Below, piece by piece: positions 1 to 9,621 of a stretch of DNA of 64,000 nucleotides (position 1 is the stretch's first letter; each line of letters begins with the position of its first letter). Origin of the DNA: Methanobacteriota archaeon (GTDB taxonomy: Archaea; Thermoplasmatota; Thermoplasmata; SG8-5; DAIRED01); the NCBI GenBank assembly GCA_043799545.1, contig JAZDNO010000004.1, positions 32,001-96,000 of the forward strand, in the 5' to 3' direction. The notes beneath the pieces were generated by a model, which saw only the letters and a program-made list of their open reading frames with translations, was not told the DNA's origin and ran no database searches. The translations under genes and the position numbers were made by a program.

Positions 1-2
1 GC

Positions 3-1340
3 GAGGCGACGAACGTAACGCTGGTCGACGGAAAGGCGACAGGCGTGAACATAAAGCTTACTGGCTTCACCGGCACGATAGTCGCGCATGTCCAGGATGC
101 GGAGGGCAACCCAATCGAGAACGCAAGCGTCTTCGTATACTCCGTTAACAGCCCGCGCACGTACATCAAGATGAACTGCACTGATGAGAACGGAACGGCG
201 GTCATCGGCGAACTCGCGCCCGGCATATACGACGCGGACGCATGGAAGGGCGGCTACGAGCTGCAGACGAGGGCCGGCGTGACAGTCAGGCCATCAGACC
301 CATCCATGGGACAGCGTTACTACGACGATTACAGAAGCGAGTCCGAAGCACCGACGACGACCGACCTATACTTCTCGCTGGGCAACGATGTCACACCTCC
401 GACGGTCACAAGCGTGACACCGGAGGCGAACGCCACTGAAATCTCGAGGGACAACGCTTCGATAGAGGTCACATTCAGCGAACCGGTAAAGCAGGCCACG
501 GCCGAAGGCGCCTTCTCCTTGAAGGGCACGGACGGCGTCGCAGTCGCAGGCACGTTCAGCTGGGACGAGACTGGAATGGTAATGACCTTCAAGCCAGGCT
601 CAAGGCTCCGAAACCAGGATGTCTACACGGTGACGGTGGGCACGGGAACGGCCGACTACGCAGATTTGACGATGGCCGCGGCGTTCACGAGCACGTTCAC
701 GACCGAGTGGAATCTGACGGTCGCGCCGACGACGTCGGCTACTCTATCGACCGGCGTTGTGGTCACAGTCAACGCTGTGATTGACGGCGATGGGACGATA
801 TCGGTCGCGGAAGTGGCTGCACCGGACACAGATGACGAAATGGCCATCGGTGTCTACGTCGACATAAGCCTCGTGACCACAGACCCGAACTGCACGCTAG
901 TCTACGCCATCATCGTGATAGACCTGAGCGGTTACACCCTCCCCGACGGATTCGACATCGCCGACTTCAAGATGTACTACTGGAACGGCGCTGCGTGGGT
1001 CGAGGCGGAGAACACCCAGGTGGACGTGGCGGGAAAGAAGGTCACAGCGAACGTCACCCACTTCACCGTATTCGCGGTCAGGTCGTCGGTCGCTCCCGTG
1101 GAGAGCGGAGGCGGCGGCATCGACCCGATTGTGATTGGAGCGGTGGTCGCGGTTGTGGTTGTGGTCCTGCTCGTCGTCGTAATGATGATGCGCAAGAAGC
1201 CAGCGTCCGAGGCGAAGCCTAAGGAGAAGGCAAAGAAAGAAGAGGGCGAAAAGAAGGACAAACCGGCCGAGGAAAAGAAGGCGGAGGAGCCAAGGGAAGA
1301 GAAGCCGGCCGAGGAGAAAAAGTCCGAGGAAGAAGCCTGA
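3..1340 (+). CDS. Membrane-anchored surface protein (carboxypeptidase-regulatory-like domain, Ig-like Big_5/SbsA domain, C-terminal TM helix, Lys/Glu tail); 5'-truncated by the window edge
   Basis: Frame is open back to position 3. DVTPPTVTSVTP...IEVTFSEPV is an Ig-like signature; VTHFTVFAV motif; hydrophobic IVIGAVVAVVVVVLLVVVMMM then a charged tail. Confidence 0.75.
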   Translation, partial: EATNVTLVDGKATGVNIKLTGFTGTIVAHVQDAEGNPIENASVFVYSVNSPRTYIKMNCTDENGTAVIGELAPGIYDADAWKGGYELQTRAGVTVRPSDPSMGQRYYDDYRSESEAPTTTDLYFSLGNDVTPPTVTSVTPEANATEISRDNASIEVTFSEPVKQATAEGAFSLKGTDGVAVAGTFSWDETGMVMTFKPGSRLRNQDVYTVTVGTGTADYADLTMAAAFTSTFTTEWNLTVAPTTSATLSTGVVVTVNAVIDGDGTISVAEVAAPDTDDEMAIGVYVDISLVTTDPNCTLVYAIIVIDLSGYTLPDGFDIADFKMYYWNGAAWVEAENTQVDVAGKKVTANVTHFTVFAVRSSVAPVESGGGGIDPIVIGAVVAVVVVVLLVVVMMMRKKPASEAKPKEKAKKEEGEKKDKPAEEKKAEEPREEKPAEEKKSEEEA

Positions 1341-1357
1341 GCGCGCGCAAACAGCCT

Positions 1358-1402
1358 AAAACCTTTTATTTCTCTTATATTTTCGATTTTCTCGACTTTT
1401 CA
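1358..1402 (+). terminator. T-rich tract after the surface protein gene (putative archaeal terminator)
   Basis: Several oligo-T runs (ccttttatttctc, ttttcgatttt, actttt) directly after the stop codon. Confidence 0.4.
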
Positions 1403-1538
1403 AATACAATTTATAAATCCTTTGGCCCAAGAGAATGGCGGAAAATGATTTCAGGCCAGATACGACCTAACTCTCTGCTGACCAATTGACGAAAACCGTT
1501 AGGTCTATCCCCTCCCCCTTAGTAATAAAATTTAATTA

Positions 1539-1620
1539 TGCGGGGGAAGGGATTCGAACCCTCGAAGGACTAACCACAGGGTCCTAAGCCCTGCCCCTTT
1601 GGCCACTCGGGTACCCCCGC
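1539..1620 (-). tRNA. tRNA-Leu (anticodon TAG), intron-less, CCA not encoded
   Basis: Reverse complement folds: acceptor GCGGGGG/CCCCCGC+A, anticodon arm CAGGG-CTTAGGA-CCCTG, long variable arm, T-loop GGTTCGAATCC. Confidence 0.95.
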
Positions 1621-1716
1621 GCGAAAGCCGATTGATGGATGGGATATTAATACTTCAGGGCGCCCGCAATGTGCTCGAGGGATTCGGACAAAGCCGCCCT
1701 TCGGCCATGTTCCAGT

Positions 1717-2121
1717 TTAATACGCCATCTGCCTGGCGATTATTGAGAGCACGATGCCGATGAAGCCGAGTATCGAGCCTCCGATTGCGAAAGCTCCCTC
1801 CATGCCGTTGAGGTACCAGAGGACGAACGAGATGAGGAAGCCTATGAGCCCCATCCCCGCGCCCAGGGCGATTAGGAACTTGCCCACCCCCACCTTGTCC
1901 CACCCTATCAGAAGCCCGCCGAGTATGACCGCCAACCCGCCAAGCCCGGCGATGATGAGCAAATAGTAGAATATGTCGTGTACAAGCGGGTCGTTGCTGA
2001 CATAAGTGACTATGATGTCCCGTATGCTGCTCCACGCCGCATAGCCCGTGATACCGGCCAGGAGGAGGCACAATCCGCCCGCAATCGCCGCGTACATCGC
2101 TGGCTTGTTGATCAAACTCAT
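1717..2121 (-). CDS. Small multi-pass membrane protein, unknown function
   Basis: About four hydrophobic Gly-rich segments; start MSLINKP chosen because GGTGA precedes it. Confidence 0.7.
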   Translation of the reverse strand: MSLINKPAMYAAIAGGLCLLLAGITGYAAWSSIRDIIVTYVSNDPLVHDIFYYLLIIAGLGGLAVILGGLLIGWDKVGVGKFLIALGAGMGLIGFLISFVLWYLNGMEGAFAIGGSILGFIGIVLSIIARQMAY

Positions 2122-2209
2122 TCTGTCACCTTGGTACTCCATGACCCGCCTACCATTAATATTTTCCCTAGTCGAAAGCGATTTACCCTTCTAGCGAGAT
2201 ACGAGTCGC

Positions 2210-2707
2210 GTGAACGACGGAGGATGGCAGAGGAAGGATCCGAACTCCCAGGCCTTGTTCGTCGGGATGGTCGCAACGACTGCCATTCTGGGAACGGTCT
2301 TCGCCATCCAGATTTTGCCGGAGAGCTTCGCATGGAACTGCTGCTGCGGGACGACTCTGCTGCTTATGCTCGGTTTCACTGCGATGGTGTTTTTCAACTA
2401 CGTCCGCGTGAACGCGTGGCACAAGGACTACAAACCCAGCCCGTCGAAGGTCCGCGAGTTCATCGAAGATGGGTTCCGGGTGCGGGGAATAGCTTACGAG
2501 AGGCGCAAGACCGGCAGCCCCGAAGGCTTCACGGCTCCAGAATGCGCATGGGAGGCGGTCCTCACCAACACCAAGGTCTATGTGAAAATATCCGATAGGA
2601 GCACTTTCACGCGGGTGTACGTGGGACCCGACGACCCGGCTTCCCAACCTTTGATTCAGGGGATACGGAAGGTCATCGACGAATCGATGGACGGGAGGCG
2701 CGCTTAA
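2210..2707 (+). CDS. Hypothetical membrane protein (2 N-terminal TM helices)
   Basis: Fills the gap between neighbouring genes; two hydrophobic stretches; stop overlaps the convergent mtnP stop. Confidence 0.6.
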   Translation: MNDGGWQRKDPNSQALFVGMVATTAILGTVFAIQILPESFAWNCCCGTTLLLMLGFTAMVFFNYVRVNAWHKDYKPSPSKVREFIEDGFRVRGIAYERRKTGSPEGFTAPECAWEAVLTNTKVYVKISDRSTFTRVYVGPDDPASQPLIQGIRKVIDESMDGRRA

Positions 2708-3486
2708 ACACCAGAATACTTCGCCGCGTCCTCGCATTTGCACGCTGGCCTTTCTGGAACGAGCGGCACGACCGCCCTCATCAGCTTCTTGACGTTCTCG
2801 GTGTTTGCCGCCATCGTTGCCAATATCGCTTTAACTTCCACCGGTTTCTCGGCCCAGACGTCGTAATCGGTTATCATCGCCACCGAGACGTAGCAGATGC
2901 CGGCCTCGATGGACAGGTTGATTTCAGGGACGAGGGTCATCCCGATGATGTCCGCGTACTGCCTGAACATGCAACTCTCGGCGCGTGTGGAGAACCTGGG
3001 CCCCTCGACGCAGACGTACGTCCCCTTGGGATGCATGCGAAGGCCGAGCTTCTTGCCGTGCTCGCAGAAGAGCTTCGAAAGCTCCGGGCAGAACGGGTCT
3101 GCCGCAGGGACGTGATGGGTCTTCCCGCCGTCGAAGAAGGTGTACTGCCTGGTCTTCGTGAAGTCTATGAACTGGTCCGGGATGACGAAGTCGCCGGGTC
3201 TCATCTCCTCCTTGAGCGAGCCGACCGCGCAGGGCGAGATTATCGCTTTCACGCCGAGCTCCTTCATGGCCCAGACGTTGGCCCTGTAGTTCACGGCGTG
3301 CGGGGGGAAGACGTGGCCCTTTCCGTGGCGCGGGATGAATGCGACCAGCTTGCCGTCCAGCTCCCCGACTTCCACGGGGCTGGACGGTGCGCCGTATGGC
3401 GTTGACATCTTGAGAGTCTCCTTCGGCTGGAATATGCCTGACTCGTACAGACCTGACCCGCCGATTATGCCGACCTTCACGTTCAT
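2704..3486 (-). CDS. mtnP: 5'-methylthioadenosine phosphorylase
   Basis: GIIGGSG, PRHG.GH..PPH.VNYRAN, EGPRFSTRAES, IGMT, MITDYD motifs. Confidence 0.93.
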   Translation of the reverse strand: MNVKVGIIGGSGLYESGIFQPKETLKMSTPYGAPSSPVEVGELDGKLVAFIPRHGKGHVFPPHAVNYRANVWAMKELGVKAIISPCAVGSLKEEMRPGDFVIPDQFIDFTKTRQYTFFDGGKTHHVPAADPFCPELSKLFCEHGKKLGLRMHPKGTYVCVEGPRFSTRAESCMFRQYADIIGMTLVPEINLSIEAGICYVSVAMITDYDVWAEKPVEVKAILATMAANTENVKKLMRAVVPLVPERPACKCEDAAKYSGV

Positions 3487-3563
3487 CTGCTCACCGTCCG
3501 GGGGATTGCGCGCGCCGATAATAACCTACCGCTACAATCAAATACGCCCAAGGGGATTAAAGC

Positions 3564-4769
3564 GTGATGAACGCGGGTCACGCCCAGCTCACGGCCGCGG
3601 ACAAGATTCTCCTCCACCTCAGGGAGTACTGGCTCGCCAGCGGGAAGCTCGAGTTTCCGGCCAACATAACCCAGCGCGGGATAGCAGACGCGACCCACTT
3701 GGTCCTGACGCACGTTCCGAGGGCGCTCAAGAGGCTGAGGGACGAGGGGCTCATCCGCGAGGTGAGCGGCCACATCGAGGGGGAGCGCAGGAGATACAAG
3801 GCGTACTTCCTCACGGATGACGGGATGCGCACCGCGACCAGCATGAGGGCGGAATTGCTCGCGTCCGAAATCACGATGAGGCGCGGGGATTCGCTGATAC
3901 CGATGAAGCTCGGCGAGGCCCTGGAGATGGCCGGACCGGGGACGGGATTGCTGGATGTCATCAGAAAGCTCGATGAGAATGGCGTGCTCGAGATGGGCGA
4001 CGCTGCCCGCAAGGCGGAGAAATCGCCCGTTTCTGACCTTTCCGAGGCGCCCGAGCGGGAGCAGTTCCACGACCGCGAGGAGGAGATGCGGCACGTGGAG
4101 TCGTTCGCCGAGACGCGGGGTTCGCGAATCCTGGCAATCATCGGCGGTGTCGGCCTGGGCAAGACCGCCCTCGCCCGCGAGTTCGCCGAGCGCCAGAGGG
4201 CGAGGGAGCGCATCGCGTGGATAAACCTGCACCGGTCCAGCACATACGATTCCATCTTCGCGCGGATGGCGGGATGCCTCGGAAAGGATGAGGGCTCGCC
4301 GACGGCCCCGGACGCCGCCGGGCGCAGGGCGGCGAGGATGCTGGACGAGGGAGACGGAATCATCATTTTCGATGATTACTACGATGTGCCAGAGGGAACG
4401 GTCGAATTCTTCCAGGCGATGGTGGAGGCGATGAAGGTTCCGGAGCGAGGCGCCAGGTTGGTCATATCGCTACGCGAGGACACGCCGTCCTACAACCGCT
4501 TCTACGGGCGGAGGGAGGTCGAGTCCGGCATCGTCGAGGAGCTGCACCTGCGCGGGCTGGGCCCCGAGGATTCCCGTATGCTGCTCGGCGTCCAGGGCAT
4601 AGACCCCGATGCGATGAAGCGCATCTACCTCCTGACGAAGGGTTCGCCCCAGGCCTTGAAATTGATAGCCGCGGGGGACTTCGCCCGCCTCAAGGAAACG
4701 ACGCGGTTCACGAACGAGGAGATAAGGCTCATCATGTTTCTAAAAACAGTAAAGGCCGTTGGAAATTGA
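3564..4769 (+). CDS. Winged-helix plus STAND-type (NB-ARC/AAA-like) NTPase, putative transcription regulator
   Basis: N-terminal wHTH (TQRGIADATHLVLTHVPRALKRL); Walker A GGVGLGKT; Walker B IIIFDD; TKGSPQAL (GxP) motif. Confidence 0.75.
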   Translation: MMNAGHAQLTAADKILLHLREYWLASGKLEFPANITQRGIADATHLVLTHVPRALKRLRDEGLIREVSGHIEGERRRYKAYFLTDDGMRTATSMRAELLASEITMRRGDSLIPMKLGEALEMAGPGTGLLDVIRKLDENGVLEMGDAARKAEKSPVSDLSEAPEREQFHDREEEMRHVESFAETRGSRILAIIGGVGLGKTALAREFAERQRARERIAWINLHRSSTYDSIFARMAGCLGKDEGSPTAPDAAGRRAARMLDEGDGIIIFDDYYDVPEGTVEFFQAMVEAMKVPERGARLVISLREDTPSYNRFYGRREVESGIVEELHLRGLGPEDSRMLLGVQGIDPDAMKRIYLLTKGSPQALKLIAAGDFARLKETTRFTNEEIRLIMFLKTVKAVGN

Positions 4770-4799
4770 TTCCGATGGGAGTCTCCGGCACGCCGGGGA

Positions 4800-5228
4800 T
4801 TAAATGTCCAGCAGAACCTTGGCATACCCTTTCTCCTCGTTGACCTCCAGCATGTGGTACGTCACAGCCTTGATTCCCCCCCTGAGCCCGTGCCTCTCTG
4901 GGTCCATGCGCTCGCCGCGCGACTTTGAGCGCAGGGTCCATCTCTTCTCTGCCCCGCCCAATTCTATCTCAATATCGTGCTCGCACAGGAGAAGCTGCTC
5001 GCTGTCCATGTAGAACAGCATCTCGCTTAGCCAGGCGACCAGGAGCGCCTCCAGGTCCCCCGACTCCACGGTGATTGCCCTCACTTCCAGCGCCCTCACC
5101 TTTCCCAGGTCGCAGACGACTCCCGCCAAACCCTTGGCGGCCTCGGAGAAAATCTCCGCCAGGCTGGAACCGTAAGCCTTGACGCCCACGTCGGCAGTAT
5201 GCTCGAAATATTCGTATCGCCCGCACAT
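4800..5228 (-). CDS. Archease
   Basis: YEYFEHTADVG at the N-terminus; IKAVTYH and C-terminal VLLDI. Confidence 0.95.
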   Translation of the reverse strand: MCGRYEYFEHTADVGVKAYGSSLAEIFSEAAKGLAGVVCDLGKVRALEVRAITVESGDLEALLVAWLSEMLFYMDSEQLLLCEHDIEIELGGAEKRWTLRSKSRGERMDPERHGLRGGIKAVTYHMLEVNEEKGYAKVLLDI

Positions 5229-5303
5229 TGCTCCGCAATAATCTCCCTGCCTTTAAATTACTTGCTGATAGATTTTAATAATACGCACAACTTGGGAGTG
5301 GCC

Positions 5304-6110
5304 ATGAATGTCACCATCCTCGGCTGCGGAGCAATCGGCGGTACCCTGGCAAAGGCGCTACAAGGCATGGATGGCATCAGCGGCGTCGTGCTGTACGACA
5401 TACACTCAGACAAGTCTGAGGCGCTACAAGCCACTCTCCCGAAAGCCAAGCGCGCGGCGAGCCTGGACGAGGCAATCGCGGGCGGAGACCTCATTGTGGA
5501 GGCGGCCAATCAGGATGCTGTGATAGAATTTCTACCGAAGGCGCTGGCTGCCAGGAAGGACGTGCTCGTGCTGAGCGTCGGGGCGCTCCTGAACTACGAT
5601 TTCAGGGCGACCTGCAAAGACCTAGCCACAAAGAACGGTCGGAAGATTTACATCCCAAGCGGAGCGGTTGCCGGCATCGACGGCTTAGGCGCAGCCGGAG
5701 AGGAGCAGATTGACGAGGTCATCCTGATGTCGTACAAGCCGCCGGCAGCTCTGGAGGGGGCGGAATACTTTAAAAAACGAGGCATCGACCTGACCAAAAT
5801 CGACGGGCCGAAGGTCGTCTTCGACGGCTCCGCGCGCGAGGCCGTGAAGCTCTTCCCGAAGAACATCAACGTCGCCGCGACGATTTCCCTAGCTGGGCTG
5901 GGGTTCGAGAAGACGCGGGTAAAGCTCGTCGTGGACCCCAAGGCGACGAAGAACACCCACCGCCTGATTGTCAAGTGGAAGTTCGGCGAGATAGAGGCGT
6001 GGACACGCAACGAGCCGTTCCCGAGCAATCCGCGGACGAGCTACCTGGCCGCTCTGTCGGCGATATCGGCTGTTAAGAAGATTGCGGGGACTGTCTGGGT
6101 CGGAGTTTGA
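5304..6110 (+). CDS. nadX: L-aspartate dehydrogenase
   Basis: Rossmann ILGCGAIG; IYIPSGAVAGIDG; FPKNINVAAT; NPRTSYLAALS. Confidence 0.9.
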   Translation: MNVTILGCGAIGGTLAKALQGMDGISGVVLYDIHSDKSEALQATLPKAKRAASLDEAIAGGDLIVEAANQDAVIEFLPKALAARKDVLVLSVGALLNYDFRATCKDLATKNGRKIYIPSGAVAGIDGLGAAGEEQIDEVILMSYKPPAALEGAEYFKKRGIDLTKIDGPKVVFDGSAREAVKLFPKNINVAATISLAGLGFEKTRVKLVVDPKATKNTHRLIVKWKFGEIEAWTRNEPFPSNPRTSYLAALSAISAVKKIAGTVWVGV

Positions 6111-6117
6111 AGGACCG

Positions 6118-6747
6118 TCACCGCCCTCTCTCGTCGCCCCATATCAGCTTGTGCAGCTGCGGCATCACGCGCGCGTCCAGTGTGTCCTTGAGAACGGCCT
6201 CTGCGAGCCACTTTAGGTTCGTACCTCCGACGGGGGTGAAGATGATTTCGCAAGCGACCTTGTTTGACTTCAGAATCCCCCGCGCAAAGTTGTAATCTTC
6301 CTGGTTCGCGATGACGAACTTGAGCTGGTCCGTCGGGCCGAGGACCTCGATGTTCTCCAGCTTGGTCTTCCCTTCCATCTTCGACGACGGGCACTTGACG
6401 TCCATGCTCACAGTCAGCCTCGGGTCGCACGGCATCTCCTCCAGAGAATGGGTACCGTTGGTTTCGAGCGTGACATGGTTGCCATTGGCCAGGAACCTGT
6501 TTATCAAGCGGGTGATGCCCGGCTGGAGCAGCGGCTCGCCTCCGGTAAGGCAGACGTGGCGCGTTTTCATTGCCAGGACTTCGGCGAAAATCTCGTTCGA
6601 CGATTTCTCCGCTCCGCCCTCCCACGCATATTTCGTATCGCACCACTCGCATCTCAGGTTGCACCCGGCGAAGCGAACGAAGGCAGTCGGCGCCCCGATG
6701 TGCAGCCCTTCCCCCTGCAGCGACTTGAATATTTCAACCACTTTCAT
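6118..6747 (-). CDS. queE: 7-carboxy-7-deazaguanine synthase (radical SAM)
   Basis: EIFKSLQGEG; CNLRCEWCDT; LTGGEPLL; ETNGT; PQLHKLIWG. Confidence 0.93.
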   Translation of the reverse strand: MKVVEIFKSLQGEGLHIGAPTAFVRFAGCNLRCEWCDTKYAWEGGAEKSSNEIFAEVLAMKTRHVCLTGGEPLLQPGITRLINRFLANGNHVTLETNGTHSLEEMPCDPRLTVSMDVKCPSSKMEGKTKLENIEVLGPTDQLKFVIANQEDYNFARGILKSNKVACEIIFTPVGGTNLKWLAEAVLKDTLDARVMPQLHKLIWGDERGR

Positions 6748-6802
6748 ATGGCGGGGCAAGCGGTTGTGGCTATTAAAATATTTTCAGGTTGGAAGAAACC
6801 CC

Positions 6803-7057
6803 TCACTCTTTCATGTCCTTTGCTTCCTTCAAGGTTTTCGCCAGCTCCAGGAGACGGTTTTTTGTCTCGTTCAGCTTCTTTTCCCTCGCCAGAAGCTCGT
6901 GCTCCCTCTCGTTTAACGCAGCCTCCCGCTTGCTGAGGTGCTCTTCACGCTCCATAATCATCGCCAGGAGGAGTTGCTGCTCCTTCTTCGTGTCCTTTTC
7001 GAGCTCAATCAGCTCCTTCCTGCGCAACTCCAGCGCTTCTGAGTCGTCACCGTTCAT
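6803..7057 (-). CDS. 84-aa coiled-coil protein
   Basis: MNGDDSEALELRRKELIELEK... heptad-rich E/K/R/L sequence; starts 1 nt after the GTPase stop. Confidence 0.7.
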   Translation of the reverse strand: MNGDDSEALELRRKELIELEKDTKKEQQLLLAMIMEREEHLSKREAALNEREHELLAREKKLNETKNRLLELAKTLKEAKDMKE

Positions 7058-7058
7058 T

Positions 7059-7595
7059 TTAAGTACCCTCCAGGCTGAGCTTGGCCAGCTGTTCGAAAGC
7101 GAGCTCCACATTGGCCCCAGTCTTCGCGCTCGTAAGATGGTATCCGCACTGGTATTTCTTTGCGAGTTCCGCCACGTCATTCTCGTCGAACGCCGCCTCT
7201 CCTTCGAGGTCAGACTTGTTGCCCAAGATGATTATGGGGACCTCGCCGCTTACCTTCCAAAGCGATTCCACCCAGTACGAGGCATTGTCCAGGGTTTCCT
7301 TCCTTGTGCAGTCGCAGACCACGAGCGCGCCCTTGACATGCGCGAATGCGACGCTCTCGATTATCTTGAAGTGCTTCTGGCCCATCACGTCCCATACCAT
7401 CATCGCGACTACTTCCGTCCCCGCCCCGGTCTTGATTTTAACTATCTTCTTCATCACCTTCGCACCGATGGTCTGGATGTACGAGTCGTCATATTTGTCT
7501 ATGACAAAGCGGGTGACCAGGCTTGTCTTTCCCACCATCGGGTCGCCCACGAGGGCGAATTTCAGGATGTAGCTCGGGGATTCTTCGGAGACCAT
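7059..7595 (-). CDS. Rab/Ras-like small GTPase
   Basis: G1 GDPMVGKT, G2 YIQTIG, G3 WDVMGQ, G4 NKSD, G5 SAK; no C-terminal Cys motif. Confidence 0.9.
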   Translation of the reverse strand: MVSEESPSYILKFALVGDPMVGKTSLVTRFVIDKYDDSYIQTIGAKVMKKIVKIKTGAGTEVVAMMVWDVMGQKHFKIIESVAFAHVKGALVVCDCTRKETLDNASYWVESLWKVSGEVPIIILGNKSDLEGEAAFDENDVAELAKKYQCGYHLTSAKTGANVELAFEQLAKLSLEGT

Positions 7596-7680
7596 TAGTT
7601 TACCTTAGTATGCAGTAAACAGGTAGATATATTTAAGAGATGACGCTCATCCATTTATCATCACAATCGATTTGGATTGC

Positions 7681-8706
7681 TCATTTCTGCGGTTCAATTA
7701 TGACCTTCATCGAGTCCTTTGCCTCGGCGACCAGCCTGAACCCCTCCTGGATTTGGGCCAACGGGAGCCTGTGGGTTATCATGTCCTTGACGTTGATCTT
7801 CCGCGCCGCGATGATGTCCAGAGCCTCGCGCATGTCCTGGAGCGTGCCGGCGTAGGACGTGTGCACGGTCACGCAGTCTCGCCATAGCTCCCAGAGCGGC
7901 AAAGGGACGGTCTCGCCAGGCTTTGTCGGCGCGAACAGCAGCACGTGGCCTCCCCGGTCGGCAGAACGGAAAGCCTGGGCCATGGCTGGCTGGGCGGCGG
8001 CGCAAACGATTACGATATCCGCCCCCTTTCCGCGGTTCAGTTCGCGTATCCTGGCGGGGACGTCCTCGTCAGCCGTCAGAGTGGCGTCGGCGCCGAGCTT
8101 CCGCGCCATTTCGAGGCGGGCGCCGCTGATATCTGTTGCAATGACCAGCGCTGCTCCCGACGCCTTCGCCAATTGAACGTGCAGCAATCCGGAAATCCCG
8201 CTCCCTATGACCGCGATGGTCTTGCCTTTCTTCATCCCGGCCTTCCGCTGGCCCCTGACGACGCAAGCGAGCGGCTCGACGAAGGTGCCCTCCTCGAAGC
8301 TCACGCCCTCGGGCAGTTTGAGCGTGCCCGTTTCGACCTGGGCTTTTGGAATCCTGACCAATTCAGCGAAGCCGCCGGGCTCGAAGTTGGTGGAGCGTAG
8401 CGAATCGCAGACCGTTTCGTTTCCGTCCTTGCAGTAATCGCACGAGTAGCAAGGGACGTGGTGCGTTGCGACAATCCAGTCGCCCGGCCTGAATTGCGAG
8501 GGACCTGGTCCGGCCTCTACGACGAAACCTGCAATCTCGTGCCCAAGGACGAGCGGCGCCTTCTTGACGCGGTACCATTCCATCACGTCTGAACCGCAAA
8601 TGCCAGAAGCCATTACCTTGACCAAAAGCTCTCCGGGGCCGACCTTGGGCTGGGGGCGCTCCTCCACCCTTACATCAGAATTATTATAGTAAACAGCCAC
8701 CCGCAT
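7681..8706 (-). CDS. Zn-dependent medium-chain dehydrogenase (threonine/sorbitol dehydrogenase-like)
   Basis: GICGSD, GHE, structural Zn CxxCxxC, GSGISG; TAATG overlap with the lsrF-like stop. Confidence 0.88.
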   Translation of the reverse strand: MRVAVYYNNSDVRVEERPQPKVGPGELLVKVMASGICGSDVMEWYRVKKAPLVLGHEIAGFVVEAGPGPSQFRPGDWIVATHHVPCYSCDYCKDGNETVCDSLRSTNFEPGGFAELVRIPKAQVETGTLKLPEGVSFEEGTFVEPLACVVRGQRKAGMKKGKTIAVIGSGISGLLHVQLAKASGAALVIATDISGARLEMARKLGADATLTADEDVPARIRELNRGKGADIVIVCAAAQPAMAQAFRSADRGGHVLLFAPTKPGETVPLPLWELWRDCVTVHTSYAGTLQDMREALDIIAARKINVKDMITHRLPLAQIQEGFRLVAEAKDSMKVIIEPQK

Positions 8707-9509
8707 TATCTCTTGCCCCACTTGCGCTTCGCCTTGACGCTCTTGAAAATCTCGTGGGCGTCGTTCGGTTTCGTCCCGTCGTGCACCACCGCCCGCACCG
8801 CCTGTATCATCGCGACAGGGTCTTCCGACTGGAAGATGTTCCTCCCCATGTCGACGCCCGCCGCGCCAGAAGCGATTGCCCCGCTGGCCATTTTCAATGC
8901 GTCCAGCTCCGGGAGCTTCTTGCCGCCGGCTATCACTATCGGAACCGGGCAGGTGTCGACGACCTCCTTGAAGTTGTCTACATAATAGGTCTTGACTATC
9001 GACGCTCCCAGCTCCGCGGCGATGCGCGAAGCCAGGCTCATGTATCTGGCGTCGCGGGCCATTTCCTTGCCGACGGCAGTCACGGCGACGACGGGAATGC
9101 CATACGCCTGCGCCTCGTCGACGACCTCGCTGAAGGCCAGGAGCGTGTCGCGCTCGAATTCCGCGCCGACCATTATCGAGAACGCAACGCCGGCGACATT
9201 GAGCCTGATGGCGTCCTCGATGGACGCGGTGATGCCCTCGTGCAGTAGGTTCTTGTTGAGTATGCTGGTTCCACCGGAGACTCGCAGGACGATAGGCACG
9301 TCCGTGTCCGGGCTCACGTAATGGCGGAGAGCTCCCCTAGTGAGCATGAGCGTGTCGGCGAAAGGCAGCAGCGGGTCGATTGTCTTTTTTATGTTCTCCA
9401 GCCCGGTCGTCGGACCCATGAAGTACCCGTGGTCCACTGCGAGCATCACGGTCTTTCGGCCCTTCGGTCTTATAATCCTGGACATCCTGTTTGCCATACC
9501 CCAGTCCAT
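8706..9509 (-). CDS. lsrF: LsrF-like class I aldolase/thiolase
   Basis: MDWGM.NR, AVDHGYF.GPT.GLE, IVKTYY, IAGGKK, GVDMGRNIFQS. Confidence 0.8.
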   Translation of the reverse strand: MDWGMANRMSRIIRPKGRKTVMLAVDHGYFMGPTTGLENIKKTIDPLLPFADTLMLTRGALRHYVSPDTDVPIVLRVSGGTSILNKNLLHEGITASIEDAIRLNVAGVAFSIMVGAEFERDTLLAFSEVVDEAQAYGIPVVAVTAVGKEMARDARYMSLASRIAAELGASIVKTYYVDNFKEVVDTCPVPIVIAGGKKLPELDALKMASGAIASGAAGVDMGRNIFQSEDPVAMIQAVRAVVHDGTKPNDAHEIFKSVKAKRKWGKR

Positions 9510-9621
9510 GCAAGCACCTGGAAGGGGATGCGCGTGGGGGTAAAAAAAGGTTGGGAGGGGTGAATTCGCCGGGGGTAATTATTTATCAGATGAGTATCAT
9601 GTATGAATTGGGGGAAAGAAA

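Noticed and set aside
1464-1506. 8-bp inverted repeat GACCTAAC/GTTAGGTC downstream of the tRNA
   Set aside because: Short, with a long loop; compatible with chance or a terminator
1539-1620. tRNA-Leu as an island integration site
   Set aside because: No duplicated tRNA 3' end or integrase seen; flanks look like host DNA
6118-6747. queE as part of a dpd DNA-modification cluster with the TGT-like cargo gene
   Set aside because: About 35 kb apart, host-like composition, and queE is expected for archaeosine/preQ0 synthesis
8706-9509. AI-2 quorum-sensing system
   Set aside because: Only the lsrF-like gene is present; transporter, kinase and regulator are absent from the window
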